The translations under genes and the position numbers were made by a program. A stretch of DNA of 21,152 nt from positions 1-21,152 of the forward strand of contig JAEOSH010000041.1 of the NCBI GenBank assembly GCA_016840465.1. The letters are read 5' to 3'. The DNA is from Candidatus Baldrarchaeum yapensis (lineage in GTDB: Archaea > Asgardarchaeota > Baldrarchaeia > Baldrarchaeales > Baldrarchaeaceae). This document shows, in pieces, positions 8,248-14,969 of the stretch; positions within the stretch are counted from its first letter, which is position 1, and each line of letters opens with the position of its first letter. Under the pieces are notes generated by a model. The model made no database searches and was not told where the DNA came from. It saw only the letters and a list, made by a program, of their open reading frames with translations.

Positions 8248-8538
8248 ATGGAGGAAAACCATATACTCAAAATTGTGACGTGGGACGAGGAGCAGTTTAT
8301 CAGAACCGTGAGGAACATCGATGTTCGGGACAGAATAATTTTCCTTAAGAAGAACGAGGATGGCACGAACGCGTATTTCTTCGTGTACAGGCTGGGGGAG
8401 GGCGTCAGCATAATACTACAGCTTTTGACGCGGAAGCGTCTCAGCTTGGGAGACGACGTGAAAATCCTCGCAATAGAGGATCTGGAGCTCGTCACCGATT
8501 TCCGGGAGTACGTAACGCTGATCAAAAACTTTTATTAG
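8248..8538 (+). CDS. Hypothetical protein
   Basis: 96 aa with a GGGGA RBS, upstream TTTATAT (about 8184-8190) and coding-like composition. No family recognised. Confidence 0.65.
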   Translation: MEENHILKIVTWDEEQFIRTVRNIDVRDRIIFLKKNEDGTNAYFFVYRLGEGVSIILQLLTRKRLSLGDDVKILAIEDLELVTDFREYVTLIKNFY

Positions 8539-8785
8539 TCCTCCCTCTTTGATGCGCGTGAGATTCCACCTCACTCCTAGTTCTCAAATACATGAATATG
8601 TTGTGGTTTTGTGGAAATGCAATTTTCGTTCTGAACGGGAATTGTCACCGCGCACGAGATCTGTAATGAGCACAACACTGATGTTTCCCCTGAGTAATAG
8701 CATGATGTTTCATCTATTACCGAGGATAATTCTTATAAGTCCATGCGCTAGCTTATCCTCCAAGGCACCACGGGAGACGGTGTGG

Positions 8786-10033
8786 ATGCGCGCGCTCATG
8801 ATAATAGTTGATGGCATGGCGGATCGTCCAATCAGGAAATTAGGTTGGAAGACGCCACTGGAAGTTGCTGACACGCCCAATATGGATCACATAGCGGAGA
8901 TGGGGTCGTGCGGAGTATTTGACCCCTTAGGGCCCGGGAAGAGGGCAGGGACGGACACAGCAACACTTGCAATTCTTGGCTATGATCCGTACAAATACTA
9001 TACGGGCAGAGGCGCACTGGAAGCAGCGGGTGCTGGCATAAAGCTACAGCCGGGGGATATTGCATTCAGATGTAATTTTGCCACGGTGGACGAGAACTGG
9101 CGCCTAATCAACAGAACCGCCGGTTACATAAATGACGGAACCGATGAACTCGAGAGAGCGATAAACGAGTGTATAAAGCTGCCGGACCCCGATGTGGACT
9201 TCATATTTAAAGTGTCAGCGGGGTACAGGGCGGCGCTTGTCTTCAGGCGGAATGCGGGAAACGGCGCCCTATCGCCTGCGGTATCTGATGTATACTGTGA
9301 AAAGTGTGGTGTTCCCGTTCCTCCTGCTCGCCCCTTAGAGGATAGCGAGGGCGCGAGGAAGTGCGCGGAGTTCGTAAACCACTTCATAAGGATGGCAAGA
9401 GAGGTTCTTAGGGAGCATCCTGTGAACAGGGAGAGGGCATCACGCGGGTTGCCACCTGCAAACTTCATATTGGTTAGAGGAGGAAGTTCCTGTCCGTCCT
9501 TGGAGTCATTTGAGAACAAATGGGGGCTGAGAGGTGCATGCATCGCCGGTATTGGGTTGATTAAGGGAATTGCAGCGCTCACTGGCATGAATGTGATCAA
9601 CGTGAAGGGGGCGACCGGGTACATCGATTCGGATTTTATGGCAAAGGGAAAGGCGGCACTTGACGCGTTGCGGCATTACCAATTCGTGATAATCCACATA
9701 GAAGCCACCGACGAGGTCTCACACGATGGCGACTTTGAGAAGAAGATAGAGGTCCTAGAGCGCGTAGACAAGATGATCGGTATGCTTCTAGATAGAGTTC
9801 CCGAGGACACTCTTTTCGTTCTGCTGTCAGATCACACAACATCTTCCGAGTTGGGCGACCACACAGCAGATCCGGCGCCGATAGCCATCGCGGGGCCCAC
9901 GGTTTTATCGGATCACGTGAGAAGATTCACCGAGAGGGAGGTATACCTCGGAAGGCTCGGAAGGATAAACGCCTTAGACATAATGCCAATAATACTTGAC
10001 TATCTGAACCTCTCCTCCAAGTTTGGTGCGTAA
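8786..10033 (+). CDS. apgM: 2,3-bisphosphoglycerate-independent phosphoglycerate mutase, archaeal type
   Basis: MRALMIIVDGMADRP, KTPLEVADTPNMD, GTDTATLAILGY, GRGALEAAGAG, AFRCNFAT, HIEATDEVSHDG and SDHTT...HTADP motifs. Start reassigned to ATG 8786 (GGAG RBS). Confidence 0.93.
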   Translation: MRALMIIVDGMADRPIRKLGWKTPLEVADTPNMDHIAEMGSCGVFDPLGPGKRAGTDTATLAILGYDPYKYYTGRGALEAAGAGIKLQPGDIAFRCNFATVDENWRLINRTAGYINDGTDELERAINECIKLPDPDVDFIFKVSAGYRAALVFRRNAGNGALSPAVSDVYCEKCGVPVPPARPLEDSEGARKCAEFVNHFIRMAREVLREHPVNRERASRGLPPANFILVRGGSSCPSLESFENKWGLRGACIAGIGLIKGIAALTGMNVINVKGATGYIDSDFMAKGKAALDALRHYQFVIIHIEATDEVSHDGDFEKKIEVLERVDKMIGMLLDRVPEDTLFVLLSDHTTSSELGDHTADPAPIAIAGPTVLSDHVRRFTEREVYLGRLGRINALDIMPIILDYLNLSSKFGA

Positions 10034-10199
10034 TCTTCACGTTTCAAAATGCCAATCCCCGTCCGCTTCTACCTTACCGGATGTCTCCTCACCCTCTTCA
10101 TCGCTTCCATCTTAACAAAATCTAAATATGCATCGTGCCGCGGTTTGATGAGGCATACCTAAAAGCATGAAGTTTCTTACATGAGTGTGGTGGGGGAAC

Positions 10200-10544
10200 A
10201 TGCCGAGAACGAAGATTTCTTCGAGCAGGAAAACCACGCGGGTGGTCATGGGAGACACCGTAATAAAGAAGTCATACGATGAACGGTCGCTGTTTCTGGA
10301 CCTAGACAGGGCGATAGAACTGCTTGAGGACAAGTTTTCGAGCATAGGCGTGAACGCAAAGATATCGCTCGAGGGGAACATGCTGGACATAAGGGTCGGT
10401 AGCGTGTGCATTGCCCTCTACGAAAACGGAGCAATAGAGGCGTACTCCAACCTATCGGATGAGAAGTTGCTGGACAAGTGTCTCAAGGCGGTCGAAGAAA
10501 TTATAGAGGATGTTGCGACGGAGTTCGGAGAGTTCGGGGAGTAA
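10200..10544 (+). CDS. Hypothetical protein
   Basis: ATG 10200 after GGTGGGGG, 114 aa, acidic C-terminus and coding-like composition. No family recognised. Confidence 0.65.
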   Translation: MPRTKISSSRKTTRVVMGDTVIKKSYDERSLFLDLDRAIELLEDKFSSIGVNAKISLEGNMLDIRVGSVCIALYENGAIEAYSNLSDEKLLDKCLKAVEEIIEDVATEFGEFGE

Positions 10545-10595
10545 TCATCCCTTCACTTTATCTTAGATGCGGATGGAACACTCGCGTCCGTGGCG

Positions 10596-10802
10596 CTACT
10601 CGTATACCTTTTCCTCCTCCAAATGGAATCCGACCATGTCCCTCTCAACGTCCCTTCTTTTCTCCCAGTAGGCCGGGGTCTAGCATCTCCCTGTACAGTT
10701 CGTGCTGTATTATTGCCCTCATGATCTCGTTGGTTCCGGTCCATATGAGCCCGAGCCTGCAGTCCCTCAGATACCTCTCTACTGGGTAGACGGTCGTGTA
10801 CC
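10596..10802 (-). pseudogene. Acyl-CoA dehydrogenase C-terminal remnant (frameshifted)
   Basis: An unlisted frame reads [40 protein letters not shown], the typical ACAD C-terminal helices. A one-base shift near 10655-10665 separates it from a plausible tail [19 protein letters not shown] (stop 10596-10598). Confidence 0.85.
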
Positions 10803-10842
10803 GTTCTTCCACTTGGTAGCATTCAGCAATTTATAGTAATTT

Positions 10843-10997
10843 TCAGCCACCAAGTGGGCCATCACGGCTCCCGGTCGCTCCGCCCCGCCTTACCCAGCCC
10901 ATCCCGTGCGGTCGCCCGCACGCTCACCGGACTGGTTCGGCGAAGCGGAACCCACCAGTACTCATCAACCTCGTCCTCTTCATCGGCCTCGACCTGA
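10843..10997 (-). ncRNA. Candidate extended box C/D-like structured RNA (about 155 nt, possibly extending to 10809)
   Basis: GC/G-rich island flanked by AT-rich DNA. C-like boxes CCGAUGA and UUGAUGA, hairpin 10959-10931, perfect hairpin GUGCGG-GCGA-CCGCAC (GNRA loop), D' CGGA / C' GUGAUGG K-loop, 12-nt spacer, D CUGA (10846-10843). BRE-TATA upstream. Confidence 0.55.
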
Positions 10998-11017
10998 CCG
11001 AATAATGGAGCGATACC

Positions 11018-11031
11018 ATTTAAACTTTTAC
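11018..11031 (-). promoter_or_regulatory. BRE-TATA promoter (GTAAAAG-TTTAAAT) upstream of the GC-rich RNA candidate
   Basis: TTTAAAT at 11024-11018 preceded by a purine-rich BRE-like segment. The spacing seen at other promoters in this window predicts a TSS near 10997. Confidence 0.55.
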
Positions 11032-11077
11032 GAAAATGTCTGAAAATTACTTAAACCGAAAACTGTTTCAGACCCCC

Positions 11078-11303
11078 CTATTTCTTCGATCGCGGCAACC
11101 TCGGCGACCCAGGTCGCTCCCCTTCCCCCGTACTCTGGTGGGAATCTCAAGCCCAGCAGTCTTCTTTCCGCGGCCATCTGTATAAATTCCTTTGGGAATT
11201 TTACTTCCTCGCGTTCCATTTTCCTTATAAGTTCGGGGTCGATCGACCTCGCAAACTCCTGCGCCTCTTCCTTTATCTTTCTCTCCTCAGGCGTTAGCAA
11301 CAC
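11078..11303 (-). pseudogene. Acyl-CoA dehydrogenase N-terminal remnant (truncated)
   Basis: LLTPEERKIKEEAQEFA...FPKEFIQMAAERRLLGLRFPPEYGGRG...AAIEEIG is the ACAD N-terminal domain. Similarity stops after EIG; the frame runs into AT-rich non-coding sequence and ends at 11028. Confidence 0.88.
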
Positions 11304-11549
11304 GCCGTACGTATGGATCCTCCTCGGAGTTTTCGTACAATAAAGAGTTCCAATTTCTCGGATTTAATAGTTCCGTAAGGCGGGTGAGCGGTCGCGTTAC
11401 CTCGAAACCGACCAACAAGTTGGGATGGGGGTTAGTGCAACTGTGTGGAGACGTTGTGGTGCTTCCTGATCGTCGATGATCATGGTAAAATTTTTACAAG
11501 CAATTTTGCTCCCCCCATCTGTAAAATCAGTTAAAATTAACGAGTTAAA

Positions 11550-11873
11550 CTATTCGGGTTCCGCGACCTTTATAGATAGAACCTTTATTGCGATCGTGTC
11601 GTGTAGCTTTTTCACCACTCCGACGATGCTGACCCTTCTGTTGCTGTAGTCGTCGAAGCACAGGTTTTCGAGGCCGTAGCACAGTATTCTCTTTCCTCCG
11701 GACATCAGCATTCCGACACAATAGTCCTCCTCGGGTAGGTTGACCGTGTAGAGGGGGCCTCGCGGGGTCTTCCCCGTGTATACGAGGACTCCCTCTACCT
11801 CCACTTCCTTGCCTAGGAACTCCTCGGGGCGCTCTAGGATATCCTCAAGTTTTGCCTTTATCACCTTTACCAT
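11550..11873 (-). CDS. Small OB-fold-like protein
   Basis: LEDILERPEEFLGKEVEVEGVL and RRVSIVGVV match OB-fold beta1/beta4 patterns. The start overlaps the antiporter 3' end by 29 nt. Confidence 0.65.
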   Translation of the reverse strand: MVKVIKAKLEDILERPEEFLGKEVEVEGVLVYTGKTPRGPLYTVNLPEEDYCVGMLMSGGKRILCYGLENLCFDDYSNRRVSIVGVVKKLHDTIAIKVLSIKVAEPE

Positions 11874-13068
11874 GAGGCGCCTTACCTCCCATGATTAGAT
11901 ACTTTAGCACGATGGGGGTTAAAAATGTCGTTATCAAAACGACTATTACGAGAACAGCATACCACATCCCATTTATAACCCCCGCGACCAGCCCTATCTC
12001 GGCAAAAATAAGCGGCATCTCCCCCCGCGGAACCATACCGACCCCCATGATGTACGACGACCTGTTATCATTCTTATGAAACTTGCCGGCGAGTATTCCC
12101 CCCAAAATCTTCCCTAAAATGGCCACGACCGAAATTGCCAGTCCCATCAGAAGGGCCTCTCCCGCCACTCCCACGTTTATCTTCATCCCTATGTTTATCA
12201 TGAAGATGGGGACAGTGACGAAAGCAACGGGAGAGATTTCGGTAAGGACGTCATCCTTCAGGTCGGTCTCAGCGAGGATGAGACCCGCAAAGTAGGCGCC
12301 AACTATGGGGGAAAGACCGGCGCACGCGGCGAGAAACCCGACCAGGAGCGCAAAACTGAAGCTAAAGACAAACATACCACCGCGCGTCTTTATAAGCCAG
12401 AACTTAGGAGCAATATACGTTATGAAGAGAACGCCGATGATGAACATGCACAGGAAGAAGATCCCCGCCGGCACCAGCACCTCTACGAACTTCTCGACGG
12501 AGATTGTGCCGGCGCCGAGAGCCTTAACTATAGGCATGAGCAGAAGGATGACGATGAGGTCGTCTAAAACCGCGGCCACCACTATTGTCTGTGCCTCCCA
12601 ACTCCTCAGCATATCGAAGTCCGCAAAAACTCTAATAGTTATTCCGATGCTGGTTGCGGCGAGCGCGAGGCTTACGAAGATTGCGAGGATCATGCTCCCG
12701 GAAAACAGCAATACCAACGGCATGGATAGGATGACGGTGAAGATAAAGCCCCCCACCGCAAGGATGGTCGCAGCGGCCCCACTTCTCATTATTGTCCGGA
12801 CATCAGTCTCGAGACCGGCGATGAAGAGGAGAGTCAGCGCCCCTATAAGGGATATGAAGTCGAAAACCTGACTGGGCCTGAGGATTCCCAGCACGCACGG
12901 TCCCAGGATTATGCCTACCAGTACTTGGCCTATCAATTCCGACTGACGGATCCTCTTGCACGCTTCTGCGGCGAGGACTCCCATGAAGAGCGCCACTCCG
13001 TACATGAAGAGGTCCCATAGTATCTCCTGTGCCGCGACTATTTCCGGCACCCCCTTCATACTAGTCAC
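11845..13068 (-). CDS. Cation:proton antiporter, CPA2 (NapA/Kef-like) family
   Basis: About 12-13 hydrophobic segments; LLFIAGLETD, ATSIGIT, AAVLDD, GAYFAGL, KILGG and GMVPRGE motifs. Confidence 0.93.
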   Translation of the reverse strand: MTSMKGVPEIVAAQEILWDLFMYGVALFMGVLAAEACKRIRQSELIGQVLVGIILGPCVLGILRPSQVFDFISLIGALTLLFIAGLETDVRTIMRSGAAATILAVGGFIFTVILSMPLVLLFSGSMILAIFVSLALAATSIGITIRVFADFDMLRSWEAQTIVVAAVLDDLIVILLLMPIVKALGAGTISVEKFVEVLVPAGIFFLCMFIIGVLFITYIAPKFWLIKTRGGMFVFSFSFALLVGFLAACAGLSPIVGAYFAGLILAETDLKDDVLTEISPVAFVTVPIFMINIGMKINVGVAGEALLMGLAISVVAILGKILGGILAGKFHKNDNRSSYIMGVGMVPRGEMPLIFAEIGLVAGVINGMWYAVLVIVVLITTFLTPIVLKYLIMGGKAPHGKGDKGKT

Positions 13069-13358
13069 TAGGGGTGGGCGTGGAGAAGGAGGGATAGGGA
13101 TGTAGAGAAGACGAAATGTCGGAAAAGTCCCAGTAAAATTTACGATTGCATCGAACCTTAAAATTTTACGGATACGTACAGTCGAGGGGGTCGCCGTTAC
13201 CGAAATTATGTCTATGCGCTCAGGCTTATAGAAAGATTCATGAATGCCGAAACAATGGATTGAGCCCCTTGCGACTTCCGTTTCCCGTGGGGGACTTTCA
13301 CCACATGGCTTCCATTTCGCGCTTTTTATTAGGAGGAAGGGTCATTTTTCTAAATACT

Positions 13359-14111
13359 TCACAGCCGAAGGATTTTCTTTACGACATCTATATCTACCTT
13401 CAGGAAGCAGTGGAATTCTTCCCTGTACTCTAGAATGAGGGAAGCGTTTCTATTCAGAACCTCAAAATTCAGTATCTTTTTGAAATCCAATACGCCTCTT
13501 TTGTCGAATATCGGTATGTGGTTTAATCCGCCGCTCTTCCCGGCATGCCCCCATTCCCTATTAGATACGTGATAGACGAGAATTACGTCCCGGTACTCCC
13601 TCACCTGTGCAAGCGTTTCTTCACTGCTCAGGGGGATGTGTGAGAAGTCGTAGCACATCCGGAACCTGTCGCTATTTCGGCAAAACTCGAAGATCTCATG
13701 CGGGTTACGGAAAAGCCTATCCTTGCTCATGAACGTCTCCCAGCAGAGGTAAACGCCATGTTCGTCCAGCATCGGCTCTACGACACTCTTCAGCAAGTAA
13801 AATACTCTGTCTCTCCTAATCTTTCTCTTTATAAAGCAGGGGTGGAGAACTATCGACTCGCAGTCGAACGCGTTCGCGAGGACGCAACATCTTTTGATGA
13901 CGTCCATGAACTCCCGGAACCTGTGAACCTTCGCGTTCGGCGCGTGGATCGTTATCACGTCCCGGTTTCTCTTCTCCGAAACCTCCCTTATTATCTCATT
14001 GATATCGAGTTTTAGGAAGTCGGCAACTTTGAAGAACGCCAGTTCTATTTCCCTGACGTCTTCTAGGAACTTGGGGTATTCGCACCTGGCACCGACCCTC
14101 AATTTGACCAC
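13359..14111 (-). CDS. Xylose isomerase-like TIM-barrel metalloprotein (sugar-phosphate isomerase/epimerase or endonuclease IV-like)
   Basis: TIHAP, IVLHP, CWET, YDFSH, YHVSN, NHIP and ILEY motifs provide the usual E/D/H/E metal ligands. Confidence 0.8.
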   Translation of the reverse strand: MVKLRVGARCEYPKFLEDVREIELAFFKVADFLKLDINEIIREVSEKRNRDVITIHAPNAKVHRFREFMDVIKRCCVLANAFDCESIVLHPCFIKRKIRRDRVFYLLKSVVEPMLDEHGVYLCWETFMSKDRLFRNPHEIFEFCRNSDRFRMCYDFSHIPLSSEETLAQVREYRDVILVYHVSNREWGHAGKSGGLNHIPIFDKRGVLDFKKILNFEVLNRNASLILEYREEFHCFLKVDIDVVKKILRL

Positions 14112-14242
14112 TACCCGCTCTTATCCGAGAACTCAAACCACATGAGGTGCCCGATTCTGCAGAAATTCTCACAGTTCTTACGAGCGGTATTGTTATTTCT
14201 TGATGTCGGAGTACCGATGGAAAGTCATAATAAAAGTCAGTC

Positions 14243-14258
14243 AGAAAGAAAATTTATC
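14243..14258 (+). promoter_or_regulatory. BRE-TATA promoter; probable leaderless start of sdaAB
   Basis: AGAAAGAAAA-TTTATC; TATA begins at 14253, 27 nt before ATG 14280. Confidence 0.5.
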
Positions 14259-14279
14259 AAGCATGTCCGGGGAAGATGC

Positions 14280-14960
14280 ATGCCCAGGCGGCGTGTTGAG
14301 AGCGTATTTGAGATAATAGGGCCGGTAATGGTGGGTCCTAGTTCGAGTCACACCGCGGGTGCCGTTAGGATAGGGAGGCTTGCGAGGGAGCTATTGGGAG
14401 ATCGGCCCGTATATGCAAAAATAGTGCTGCATGGGAGTTTTGCCGAGACATACAGGGGTCATGGAACGGACAGGGCCATAGTGGCGGGCTTGTTGGGATT
14501 TGCTCCCGACGACGAGAGGATAAGGGATGCCTTTTCCCACGCCAAGAGGGAGGGACTCAAGTTCGAAATCGTAACTGCGGATCTCGGTGAGGAGTACCAC
14601 CCCAACACTGCAAAAATAACGTTAAGGGGGGAGAAGGGGGAGACCATCGAGGTGGTTGGCAGTAGCATAGGGGGAGGGCATGTTGAGATCGTGGAGATTA
14701 ATGGTTTTCTGGTGTCCATTTCCGGAACTTACCACACGCTGGTGACGATACACAGGGATGTGCCGGGGGTTGCGGCGAAAATAACGTCTCTGCTGGCATC
14801 ACGTGGGATAAACATTGCGAGGATGAACATCACCAGAAAGGTGCGCGGAGAAGATGCCTGCGCGTCCATAGAGGTTGATCAGGAGATACCCGAGGATGTG
14901 GTCCGGGCTCTGGAGAGGTACCCGGAGATAAGGATCGTGAGGCACGTGAGGCCGATTTGA
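14280..14960 (+). CDS. sdaAB: L-serine dehydratase, Fe-S dependent, beta subunit with C-terminal ACT domain
   Basis: SVFEIIGPVMVGPSSSHTAGA, LHGSFAETYRGHGTDRA, HPNTA, SIGGG and ACT HRDVPGV motifs. Start reassigned to ATG 14280. Confidence 0.93.
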   Translation: MPRRRVESVFEIIGPVMVGPSSSHTAGAVRIGRLARELLGDRPVYAKIVLHGSFAETYRGHGTDRAIVAGLLGFAPDDERIRDAFSHAKREGLKFEIVTADLGEEYHPNTAKITLRGEKGETIEVVGSSIGGGHVEIVEINGFLVSISGTYHTLVTIHRDVPGVAAKITSLLASRGINIARMNITRKVRGEDACASIEVDQEIPEDVVRALERYPEIRIVRHVRPI

Positions 14961-14969
14961 GGTGATGGC

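Noticed and set aside
8549-8785. 79-aa N-terminal extension of ApgM in the ORF track
   Set aside because: Family similarity starts at MRALMIIVDG, which has its own RBS and an upstream TATA-like CTTATAAG; the extension is intergenic-like.
10843-10997. Identity as group II intron, SRP RNA, RNase P RNA, hammerhead or tRNA
   Set aside because: No domain V (AGC triad helix), no SRP helix 8 motif, no GAGGAAAGUCC/ACAGAA, no CUGAUGA...GAAA core and no cloverleaf.
11375-11430. Plus-strand words shared with the 10997 RNA candidate (GTAAGGCGGG, GGTGAGCG, GGGATGGG) and two small hairpins
   Set aside because: Matches are only 8-10 nt, in scrambled order and in G-rich sequence; not distinguishable from chance without a search.
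13071-13100. Plus-strand G-run cluster as a G-quadruplex
   Set aside because: It needs a 12-nt loop and lies on the template strand of the antiporter 5' region; weak.
14142-14279. N-terminal extension of SdaAB in the ORF track (similarly 16866-16970 for the LarA-like gene)
   Set aside because: These segments contain the promoter elements; homology begins downstream.
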